A stretch of DNA of 64,000 nucleotides, filler included, from Basidiobolus ranarum (taxonomy: Eukaryota), in assembly GCA_040143965.1 (NCBI GenBank). It is 22 parts of 22 records of this genome, joined end to end, with 100 filler letters (N's around TTAATTAATTAA, not from the genome) between each part and the next. Parts side by side here need not be neighbours in the genome. Positions count along the whole stretch, not along the records: positions 52,604 to 55,417 come from JASJQH010002958.1; positions 55,518 to 58,330 come from JASJQH010002959.1; positions 58,431 to 61,242 come from JASJQH010002960.1; positions 61,343 to 64,000 come from JASJQH010003092.1; 18 more parts are not named here. One strand, 5' to 3'. Positions 52,604 to 64,000 of the stretch are shown piece by piece. A program made the position numbers and the translations under genes. The notes under the pieces were generated by a model. That model worked only from the letters and a program-made list of their open reading frames with translations. It was not told the DNA's origin and did no database searches. The first letter of the stretch is position 1. The number at the start of each line of letters is the position of its first letter.

Positions 52604-53425
52604 ACATGTCCAGGAGCTCCACAATTGAGGCATAGATTCTCTTGTTGGCATCAATATATCTCCTCAGGGCTAAGCTTTCTGAAGCAAGTCCCATCAATTT
52701 GCATTGAGTCATCAGCTTCAGCTGTATTTTGTGTTTAATGGAAGGGAGGTCTAAAAATATATGATAAAGGAGAGAAGAAAGGAGCCATATTTTGTTGTTG
52801 TTGTCTTTTAAACAACCAGTTGTCACATTTAACTTCCAGGTGGATAGCATCAGTCAAGGTCACTGGGTCAGCCATAGTGAGTAAAAGATCCTTAATATTT
52901 TCTTGGAGTCCATATTGGAATTGGTTGATCAGGGCAGATTCTCCCCAATTGAGATCACAGGCAAGAAGGTGGAATTCTGCAGCATAAGTTGATGCAGGCT
53001 TTGACCCTTGTTTAAGTACATGGATATTGGTGGCTGAAGTTCTTTTCTTATCTGCATTTCTAAATGCGGATTCCAGTTCAGCAAGAAAGGCAAGGAAGTT
53101 TGAAAGAAGTGGAGATTGACTTTCCATCAAAGGAGCAAACCAAGATAGAGCTGTTCCTGATAATAGTGTTCCCACTAAGCCTACTTTTGTTTGGTCAGAG
53201 GGGTAGCAATGGGGATGTAACTGGATGATGAGCTTTACTTGGTTAATAAAACCACAATAGTTTTGGCAAGTGCCATCAAACTTATTTGGTATGGAGATTT
53301 TGGGGTCAGGAGTTGGAGTTGCAGGATAGTTGGGTGGAGCTGGATTCTGTACCTGAGCAGTAGAAGTACAAAGTTCTTGATTTTGTTGCTGAAGCTGAGT
53401 AAGAGCTTGCATAATATCTTCCATT
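52604..53425 (-). mobile_element. Ty3/gypsy gag (retrotransposon gag/PEG10-like), CpG-decayed, joined to an RT-start fragment
   Basis: Coiled coil, then PKISIPNKFDG, LLSGTALSWF, LKQGSKPASTYAAEF and WGESALINQFQYGL. Confidence 0.88.
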
Positions 53426-53479
53426 GTGGGGGTTGGTGTATACATAATACTTACTATGCTGGGAGAGGGGAGTTTGAAA

Positions 53480-54330
53480 AACCACAAGTTTCTCTAGGAA
53501 TAATAATCACAATGCAATGTCCAACTTTCTGTTGAAGAAATGATTGGCACCTTGACAAAAGCACATGCTGGTATCAACATCCTTTGATATTGATCAAGTA
53601 CTAAAGCTTCTTTGATCAAAAACAACTGTAAACTCAATCGGTAGTGTCTTGACAAGGATGCATGGAGAGCAATTATCCAAAGGTGTAAGGTATCTTTGCC
53701 TTAGTAGGAAAGCTTGGGAAAGATGGGGAATAAGAGGAAAGCCAACCTTGGGGGTTTCAAGGTTAGAGAACAGGGATGGAGAGAAGTCTGCAGGCAAGTA
53801 TAAGTAGTCTGACCAAACTGTCACAATAAGGAACTGGACAAGGACTGGAAACAACAACAAGAGGCTAGAAGGCAGGAGAGCACTTAGGTGTAGACCACAA
53901 GACAAGACAAGATAAGACAAGGCTGGAGAGGGAAGATGCTTAGGCAAGAATATTTATTGATAACCCTGCATTGATCAGACTGAGATCTGATCAAGGAATA
54001 CATGGGGCTTATAGAGATATTGCAAGGTGAAACATAATATACTGAATAGGGTATATACTGTGGCAAGTTCAAGAGTTGGGGTATTAGGGACTACAAGGGC
54101 CAATACAATGAGAGATGATGTAAGGAGGATCAGGTGACCTTCCATGAAACATCTTGGCGGAAATACACTATGTCTGTGATGACATGATTGGTTAGGTTTC
54201 ATGGAAGTTCCAAAGAACATGACTTCCATATAAAGTAATCTGGATGAACTAACACAAGAATGCCAAGAATGGATGGCACAGCAGATATGATGTCATAATC
54301 TAATAATAGAAGAGTTCTATTTGCAGTGGA
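53480..54330 (-). mobile_element. Probable gypsy LTR/leader
   Basis: Lies upstream of gag; 54075-54330 is homologous (inverted) to 32260-32540. Confidence 0.55.
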
Positions 54331-56333
54331 CCAGTTTGCCAAGATCAGAATCATGATCACAGATGTCAATCTGGTTTATTATAAGCTGATTCTAAGCAGT
54401 TTCATTACACCAAGTTTACCATCTGAAAATTTCAATGCAAATCAAGAAGTGCTTATAATCAAAGTCAAAATTGGCTTTCAAACAAAAGCTTGCTGTCACA
54501 AAAGGAAAAAACCAGCAAGAACAGAGGACACAATTGATAAGTATTCTAGGAACTGACATTCCACTTTGCAAGCCATTAACATGCTGGAAACTAACTGAAG
54601 TAATGATTGAGCATTGATGAGTTTACCAAATGTGTTCCTTTCCAGCAATACTACAAATGAAGAGATTTTAATCCCCCAATTACATAGTGAATCAATAGTT
54701 GAGCAAAGTTCAACAGAAGCACCTTCTAGACTAGCAACTTCCAAAATGCCTACTTTGCCAACTGTTGAACACCCCTCCATAAACATTTTGGATAGAATTT
54801 TATTACAAGGGAATCTCAAGCAGAACAACAAAATGATTTGTATGCATCCTAAGTAAAAACTACAAAGCTGCTATACAGGCCATGACAAGCAAAAAAAATA
54901 ATGCTGCAATATTGCAGTTAATGCAGCATTTGGAAGCAACTAGTCAACAGTTAGAGAATCACTCAACAATGATACAAGACCTTCAGAATGCTGTACTTGA
55001 GCTTCAGCAACATGCTGCTGCCTCCATCCATTCTCATATGAGATTTCAATCAATCCCACACCATACATGTGAGCATAACCATGATAAGCTAGCAAAGCAG
55101 AACATGTGTTGTACTGTTAACCCTAATTAATGATCCAAAACTTCTTGAAGACACAAAAGAAGAAATCTCATAGGAAAACCAGCAAACCAAAAGACTCTGA
55201 ACATCAGAGCTGCTGTCACTTGCTCTGATGATGAGTGTTTACCATTTTGGACTGTGTGGAATCTTGCCCAAAATGACCTTGATTTGAGCCATTTGTGGAA
55301 AAATCAAAAACCAGGTGTTACTATGAAGGTTCTTGACTTACTCTATGTGGCTTATCCAGATTTTTGCAAGCAAATGGTGGTTGAGCTGGTATAGTCCTAT
55401 TCATGAAACATCTCAAANNNNNNNNNNNNNNNNNNNNNNNNNNNNNNNNNNNNNNNNNNNNTTAATTAATTAANNNNNNNNNNNNNNNNNNNNNNNNNNN
55501 NNNNNNNNNNNNNNNNNATTCTTATGATAATAAGGATCTAATTGGGTGTAGTGATGCAGATTGGGGATGTGATATTGAGGATCTGCAAAATTATTGGCAT
55601 CACAAAAAATTTCCCCGGATCCGACAAACTTTAGAAAATTACGGGTTTGTTTGCAGGTACCAAAGACCCCTAGATAACCATTATCCAAGCCAAAATTTGA
55701 AAAATTAAGATTTAAGTTTGGGCCAAGATACATGAATATTTGGTTGAGTGGGAGTGTTGAAGTTAATTGTCTTTATCATATTGTTTTCTCTATTTTTATA
55801 CACCTAACTATTTGATATATCACATATAAGTTAGTTTTCTATATTTTCACCAAAATGTATCAATGCTTTATTTCTGGACAATAAATAATTATCTCACAAA
55901 AGCTATTCACAACTCCATGTTTCTAAAGTTCCTCCAAGCAGCCCATATTTTCCCAATAAAACTTAAATGCTTGCTCAATGGCCTTAAAATATTCAGATGC
56001 TAAGCTTGGTGTGGTGAATTTCTTAGAAACAATTAGTAATAGCCAAAAGCTTTCATCCTTTATTGAAATTATCTTGCAAATACCCCGATGATCTTATTGG
56101 ATCTATCTAAAATACCACCCTTACCTAGTGGGTGTTCTTCTTTCTACTATATCTTTCTCATGTCTCAGCACATGCATTTAAAGAAGTCCTACTATTATCA
56201 CCAGTTCTGGGGCTATAAAAGCCAGAGGTATCCCAAAAACCTGATCACAAGTATGGTCATTGTGCAAAGCCACTAGTTGCACAAAGCCTGGTTGGTATCA
56301 AGATTAATAAGTACATAAAAATTACTTAGTGCT

Positions 56334-58330
56334 TGATAAAAGTGTTGAAGGGATTTGGAAGTGTTTTGGATATGAATTGGGTTTGTGATTTAGATGCTTA
56401 AGTGTCATTGATTGAATAAATCCTGCTTATAATTAAATTGAGTATGCCCTATTTATAGTTTACTATGAAATAGGACTACTGAATGTGCTTGGATCACAAC
56501 AAACATGCCTGTGGATCATGGGTGAAAATTTAGGGTGATTTAGAGAAGTTTTGAGAGAATAGTGAAAATTTATAAAGATGATCTAAATGATAGAAATATC
56601 AATTAGAGCAATAAACACATGTTTTGGAGTGGCAGTATTGAGTACTAAATAATCAGAATTTGAATAAACCAACTACTAAATTATCAGTTACTGGTTATCT
56701 AATTTAGACATTTCCACCCAACTAATATTTTGTTTTTATCTTAAACCCAACTTGTATTATAATAGTTCAATTGTGCTTTAGCCATAGATTTGGTTAAGAT
56801 GTTAGTAATCACTTCTTCAGTGGGAAAACAGACATATTCAATTGTACCATTTTCTATTGCTTTCCTAACAAAGTGATGCCTAATATCTATATGTTTTGTA
56901 TAGCATGAAATGTAGGGTTTTCAGCTCCTGAAATTCAAAGTTGATTATCTTCAAATACAGTAATAGCATGTTTTTGCATGTATCCTAAGTCTGTAAGTAA
57001 CTGCCTTGGCCACATAGCTTTTTGTGTAATAGCAGAGACAGCCATAGACTCTACTTTTGTAGTCTAAAGAGCTATGGTTTGTTGCTTCTTACTATTCCAA
57101 GTTAAGGGTCCATTACCATAGAGGGAAGTTTACCCAGTATGTGGACTTCTAATATCAAGGTTTCTTCCCCAGTTTGCATTACAGTAGCCTTCAAAATGTT
57201 GTCAATCAGGGATGCCTGAAAACAGAACAACATCTACTGTTTCTCTCAGATATCTGAATATTTATTTTACTGCAATTTTGTGCTCAGATCCTGGATTTTG
57301 CACTATTGGGTGACTATTTCTACTGCCACAGCAATGTGTGGACTTATTTGAACCATTGCATACATTAAACTACCCACCATGTACTGATATGCAAACTCAA
57401 GGGTTTGCTCTGAGTCATTTTAGGCCAAATAGAAGGAATTTTTCAATAATTGATCATTTGGATCCATTGGTGTTGACACAGGCTTACTATTTACCATGTT
57501 AAAGTGTTAATAGAAAGTCTAGGATGTCTCTGGACTTACTCAGCATGACTTTCTGAATTGTCATATTGATCTTAATTTGCATTCCAAGGAAATAATTCAA
57601 TTGACACATTTCAGTCATCTGAAACTAGTTTGATGAGCTGCTTTTCATCAGATGAAGTGTTGCTAAATTATTTGTGGCTATGATCAATTCATACACCTAT
57701 GGTGCTGAGATAAGAATTGTACTACCAGTTGTTTCAATGCAAAAACTGTAATCTGCTATGCATTTTTGGAATTCCAGTGATTCCATGTAGGTATCAATCT
57801 TGTTGTACCATACCCTGGGTGCTTGCTTGGGTGCATATAGCAATTTTTGCAGCTTACAGACTGGACTTGTTCCATTGTGCCAGGATTTATCAGACCATGG
57901 ATCAATATATTAGAGTAAATGTGATTGAAATTGATCATGCCAGAGGGTGATGGATAGTGCCAAATTGTGCTGCATAAATTTTAGAATACTTTATCTAATA
58001 TGATATATACAGCACAATCTGGCACTATCAGAGAGAACAAGTCCACTATATCAGGGTGTTTTACTTCTATAAAACCATCTGGTTGCTCCATAAATATCTC
58101 TTCTTCTAGGTTTCCATTCAGTATAGATGTTTTACATGTATTTGATGTTAATCAAGGTTATTGCCAGCTGAGAAGGCCCGGATCAATCTTAGGAGCTAAA
58201 GGTGTCTATGGGAGCAAAATGTTTATCAAAAGCAGCTTTTACTTTGTACCTTTCCATGGTTCCATCAGCTAGGTTTTTGACTTTGCAAGCTCATTTGCAA
58301 CCTATTGGCTTTCTCCCTGATGGTGAGGGA
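56334..58330 (-). mobile_element. Copia A RT-RNase H remnant with 3' LTR (~56334-56710)
   Basis: Homologous to 32553-34350. Confidence 0.88.
57863..58044. mobile_element. 182-bp MITE with GGACTTGTTC TIRs and ACT target-site duplication
   Basis: ACT|GGACTTGTTC...GAACAAGTCC|ACT interrupts copia RT. The empty site CAGACTATATC matches other copies of the family. Confidence 0.85.
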
Positions 58331-61007
58331 NNNNNNNNNNNNNNNNNNNNNNNNNNNNNNNNNNNNNNNNNNNNTTAATTAATTAANNNNNNNNNNNNNN
58401 NNNNNNNNNNNNNNNNNNNNNNNNNNNNNNCTCAGTCTGTATATTAACATCCCTGTGCACTCCACACTTGTCCCCATCCACCGCCGTCTACTTGGGCTTC
58501 ATAACACTACTCCAATCCATTCAATCCTGATGGCTGTTGCTCCTGCATACACTCACGAAATTAATCTTGATAAAGCTGAAGGTCCAAGTAAATCTAGACG
58601 ACCATCTAATGAAGGGAGACAATAAACCATCTAATACCATCATTTTTCTGTCTAAAGTTCGTCCCTCACCGCACTCTGGGGGGGGAGCAAAATTGATGGT
58701 TCTCTTCAGTATGAACTTCATGAATTCAATTACCAGTCATCTTTGCTTTTCAAGAATGTAATCGTTCTGTAGTGGATACACGGCCAGTCTACAGCTCAAT
58801 ACAAATGCGTCAGATGCTCGAAAGTTGTGGTATGCCTTTGAAGAGAACTAGCTGCTTGAATATGGGTTGACACCACTTTCGTGAGTGTGGAATGTGTTGG
58901 TGCTTGTATTTATTCGGTATTTCTAGAGCATCCCAGCTATATCTGTATCTGGTTTCTAAAGAAAGCTAAGACTGTCTCCTTGAAACCAGAGATCTGAGTA
59001 GCCAAGTTTATTGAGCGCTGGCCTTAGCCAATTAAATATCTAGCCATCCAGTAGCAAAAATCAATATCAAGCTACAGAGATAGCACTAAGTTCTTTCAGG
59101 TACTGTTTCAACTTAACCAATGAGTTTTACTGTGATGTTGGGTCGCTACGATACACACTTGGTGTATCGTAATATCATTATTGGACATAAAACAAGTTCT
59201 AAACGCGAATTTCGATACCCGTTTTCCCCGATGACACCGCTCTATCCCTCGGAGTAATAAGCATTTACAAACTAAACCTTTTCGTGTGTCCTCGAGACTA
59301 ATCTTGGAGGATATATTTGGTAATAATAACCAAATCCATTTTCACTTTTCGATGATCGCTAGTGTTGTGTAGCCATGGTTGGTACAAGCTTTCTCATAGA
59401 TTACTAGGACTAAACTCAACACTTAACAGAAATAGCAGTGTCAGTGATTATCAATAAATTGGAAAATCCCAGAATCGGTCAAGTACGATGTTGTACTCGT
59501 TTGAAGGTGACTGCAGCGTGTAACTCATTGCCTCAAATGCGACTCGATGGTACTTTGGAAAGTGGGAATCGAATGGGTCGATTAGTTCAACCTAAGTAAC
59601 CCCATTTGGTGTACTAAACAGTTGTGACTCGATATTGAGCTTTGTTCATTACTGGAAAAAAATTAGGCAAAGCTTTCACCCCAAAATATTTTTCTTATCC
59701 TCGGCCCCACAGCCGACACCCAATAATACAGAGTCAATGTCTGCATTCAACAGTAGGCTGCCATTTTTGCAATAGCTGATTGGTGGATTCCAGGAGTAAT
59801 AACCGCCCTTGATATTAATACTTACTGTTAGAATCACTATTGGATGTGGCGTAGCTGATGATGAAATTGGCGTTGTCAACAAAAAAAAATAATGTTTGTG
59901 CTGTAATGAAATATGTTTGCAACACTCTTGATGCTGACTATGAAAGTAGTATGCTCAATGACCTCCCAATATTGTCGATGTTTCACTCTGTACATCGTCA
60001 TTTCCCAAAGCATTCATCGGACTTGCTTGTCATACTACTATGTCATTAGAGAGTTCTCATTTTAATTTCCACACTTGCTATTTACTACTAGAATTGAAAG
60101 ATATAGGCAGGGAATGCCTTGAATTTCGCTAAGCATAGGGCCAATGTGGAGAAATTGATTTTTAACTATAATTATGATAACTATCTACTATTATATAGAA
60201 GTGAGATGGTGATTGTTGATACTTTTATCGCATAAATCTTCTGCTACTATATTAGATACTCATTTAGTGACAGTATGGTAGAAAAGGGCCACGGTCTATG
60301 CATAAACGTATCTATATTTTCCAAGTAAAATTTAAAATATCGAAGCTATACCGAGTAGCAAAATCATCAGCAATGTAATAATAAGATTTACAATTTGCTA
60401 ACATTGTAATGACTCCTAGCTGTTTGAATATGGCAACATACATGTAAATGTTGAAATTAGCATTGCCTAAACACCTATACATTCATGTATAGCTTAGTAT
60501 TTAGTTATTCAATATTGAACTAAGATATTACCCAATATTCTTGCGAGGAATTTACTTTGAATATTGACACCAACTTTAAAGTTCTCTGATATATAGGTTT
60601 TTCAAGCTTGTGCTAGAAGCCCCAAACTTTGCACCCATGCTTCTGACACCTTCCTTATCATATTTTACATGTTTGTCTGTTGTTTTGACAAAGCTATAAG
60701 TCCCTTCTTTCAACTCAATGACGCAATAGGTAAAAACCACTTAGTGGGAAGACAGTCATTAATGGGAGCAATTTTTACTTGAGACAAAACAAAGAAGCCA
60801 GAACTACTTTTGTAGTTTCTTAATTACAGTATGAAGATCTGGAGTATTGGTATGAATGTTGCAAAGTAGAAATGGCAGGTCAGTTGAGTCTAGGACACTG
60901 TTAAGTCAAGTGGAGGGGGGTAATAAAGGTAAAAATGGTTTGTTAACAATAGAAGTTAGTGGAATGAAACCAGGATTAAAATAAAGCATAAAGGGAGTAT
61001 GTTTTTT

Positions 61008-61242
61008 CACTAACAGAAATTTGAGGATTGTTATTGTAGGAAAACCGTCACAATTTTAATCCATTTGGGATAGACCGTTGACTTACCATCATAAAATTGT
61101 CAAGTTAGATTTGATTTTAATCAATTTTTTTAGTTTCAGGAGTGAAATTTCAAGATCTTGCAAAATAGTTGCACATGATTGGCTAAAATCTCAGAGAACT
61201 ATGGATCAACACATGTGCAAAAAACATAACTCAAATTTTACA
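61008..61242. mobile_element. CACTAACAGAAA terminus copy
   Basis: Same terminal sequence as 17030. Confidence 0.75.
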
Positions 61243-61921
61243 NNNNNNNNNNNNNNNNNNNNNNNNNNNNNNNNNNNNNNNNNNNNTTAATTAATTAANN
61301 NNNNNNNNNNNNNNNNNNNNNNNNNNNNNNNNNNNNNNNNNNAGCAGTCTAGACCATTGCAGAGACATACTAGATCACTCCAAATCAAAGAGACTCCTGA
61401 CAAGGTATCTATTGCACAAGAAGAATCTACACAACTCACCACTAGAATTGAGGTAACACCTCCAACAAGAGCAAGGGCCCAACAAGTTGGTTCATCAGCT
61501 ACTAGTACACATTGACAGCAACACCAGCTTAGAAGAGTCCATGATGTTTCTCCCATTTTGGTGGAAGAGCAAGCAGTCAATGAAGTACTAGAAAGAGGAT
61601 GGCCTGCATTCTCATGCATCATAGTGCTTATTTACCTTATTGAACCCAACTAACCAGTAGGCTTTTTCATCCGGAGAAGAGTCAGCTCCATGGAGCATTC
61701 CATCAGAAAGATATACCGGTTTAATGTGTACTATTGCATGACATCAACAATGGCAAACCACAATAATTATTGAACCTTCCACTTTGTCAGATGAAGATCT
61801 GACACCTGATAGCAATGTACTAAGACAGCAATCCATCACAATGTATACCCCCACAAGACCAAGGTAACAGGCATTTGAGAGAGATAGTGAAGCTCTTACT
61901 GAGCTTGAAGGAGCCACAATA

Positions 61922-62520
61922 GTTGAACACAAACCTCAAGGTAGACAATAAGCTCCAATGTGTTCTGCCATGCAACAGTGGTCATGGTGGCTAGTCAAAA
62001 GAGATGAAACTTCTACCATGGTTGAACAGGCAGAGACTGCCAAACATAAATCTCAAGGTATATGACTTGCTCTAACATGTACTGGAATGCAACCATGGTA
62101 ATGGCCAGTCAACAGAGATGAAGCTTCCACTGTGGTTGAAATAGCAATAACCATCAAACACAAACCGCAAGGTAGAGGACTTGCTCCAATACATACTGCA
62201 ATGCAATTACAGCCACAGCCAGTTAAAAGAGATGAATATTCCATCATGGTTGACACAGCAGTAACTGTCAAGCATAAAACTTAAGGTAGACAACTTGCTC
62301 CAACATGTACTGCCATGCTGCCATGGCCTCAGTCAGTCAAAAGAGATGGAGTTTCTACCGTGATTGAAGAAGCAATAACTGTTGAGCACAAACCTCAAGT
62401 GAGACATTCCGGCTCAACGCATAGAGCTGTGTACCAGTAGCAATGGCTGGTTGATCCATTAAGTGAAGGCCCCACATCTGAAGAAGAGACTGTAGATACA
62501 AACAAACTGCAAACTAGACA
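61922..62520 (+). repeat. Tandem coding repeat, 114-117-bp units (38-39 aa), about 5 copies, in a decayed ORF
   Basis: Unit starts at 61922, 62039, 62153, 62267 and 62381 (spacing 117, 114, 114, 114). Confidence 0.88.
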
Positions 62521-63264
62521 GGACAAGCCAATGCATATCACAGCACATCAACCTGAAGCCATGACTCACGCTGGCCAATGTAGAGGAACTTCAGCAGGAT
62601 CAAACTGACCAACTCAGGTCAGAGGTTCCAGCAAAGTTCCTTCTGTGGAAATATCAAGCAGGCAACAAAAGTAACAGAAGTAATTCAGCATGTACTGCTT
62701 CAAACCTAGGCAACAGCTGAATACTTTTGCTAGTACTTACATTATCCTATCTTTACTGTTTAGCACATCATGGAAAATTGATATGGATTGGAGTCAAATA
62801 TCGCTTAAATTGCTTCAGTTGGATCACAATTTCTTATGTCTTTATGAAAAACTGATAGCATGCAATTGTTTTATATCAAAAAAATCAATGATATCGTATT
62901 ACTACAAGCAATTTCATTAAAATTAAATGAATAATGTCTGTCAATAAAAAGCTTGCACAGCAGTATGGGCTTGATATAGCTCAATCTATTCACATTCTTA
63001 CCCAATCAGAAGTTTATATGATTGAATCAATATTTTGAGGATCTAAAAATGATGAATCAAGCAACCTGATCACTACTCTCATACTGCAGATTGATCCATC
63101 CTTAAGTGCTGTGATTTATCACTGGTGTGCCAAAACTACTGGTGTTTTACAAAGCAGGAGCTATTTTGCCCAATTGAAAATCAGGATACTGTGTTAGTGA
63201 GGGACAAATGATTGGTCTAAAAATATGTGAATGTCTTGGCTATACCCTTGATTGGGTAAGGTAC

Positions 63265-64000
63265 AGTTTAGTAGTTAGTTTATTCATATTTTGATTTTTG
63301 GCACTCAATTCTGCCATTGAAAAACATATGTTTATTGCTTTAATAGATTGAAATGTCAATTAGATCACTTTTACCTATTTTCACCATTTTTTCAAAACCT
63401 CTCCAAATCACACCAAATTTTCACCCAAGCTTAACAGGCATGTTTATTACAATCTAAACATGTCCAATAGTCCACTTTCAGAGTAAGCTATTAATTGGAC
63501 ATACTCAATTTAAAAAAACCTAGGAGTCTGATTTACAAATCCAAATCTTGGCCAAAACACTTCTAAATCCCCTAAACACTTTTACCAGTACATGACTTCA
63601 GGTTTTTTAGATTACTAGTTAAAGCACAACAACCATTTGGACATGAAGGCAGTTTAATTACTGAAGGATTACAAGTCATACAATTGACAAGTGTTTTCCA
63701 CTTATACCTGATTTATGGCAAGCAACAGTTATCAATCAACTGTGGTAAAAGTTTAAGAAAGCCAATAAACACCTGGTTGCTAAGATTGGATTGAACTCTC
63801 CACTCCTCAATAAGCAAGGCCACTTTCTTCACTCTATAGTGTTATAAGTGGACTAATACTTAGCAATAACAAAGAGTCCATAACAAAATCATCATCTTTT
63901 GATCTACTATCATCCGTACTGGAACAACCAATGGCAACATCTAGCAGCATATCCTCAAAGTTGGCTGGACTTACTGGTTTGACCAAAGTTGCATCTCTAC
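63265..64000. mobile_element. Copia A LTR fragment (+, ~63265-63588) and CMC transposase 5' remnant (-, ~63650-64000)
   Basis: Homology to 1650-1966 and to 13270-13630. Confidence 0.8.

Overview
This window is not contiguous DNA. It holds 22 small contigs of about 2.81-2.83 kb, sorted by decreasing length and joined by an artificial 100-nt spacer (44 N + TTAATTAATTAA + 44 N), so adjacency across spacers means nothing. The DNA is AT-rich and eukaryotic. Short GT-AG introns and fungal-type eL42, NDUFS5 and AreA-like sequences suggest a fungus, probably early-diverging (inference). About three quarters is nested, decayed transposon sequence: a Ty1/copia family with a ~350-bp LTR and a hemivirus-type half-tRNAiMet PBS, further LTR families, Ty3/gypsy elements (one intact pol), a CMC/EnSpm (CACTA)-type DNA transposon and a small TIR element (MITE). 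The repeats are almost free of CpG and show Arg->Cys/Trp/His/Gln/stop decay, while host genes keep CpG. Host genes seen: RPL42, PUS1, RPT6, RPL32, a complex I NDUFS5-like subunit, a POT/PTR peptide transporter, an AreA-like GATA factor, a guanine deaminase pseudogene, a secreted Gly/Asn-rich repeat protein and a mitochondrial nad4L fragment. I cannot demonstrate a complete new biological system. The best leads are a dispersed decayed ORF of 38-aa KR-containing repeats, the secreted AYD/GNG repeat protein, an unassigned ORF next to a CCCTA/CACTA terminus, and the CpG-erasure signature.
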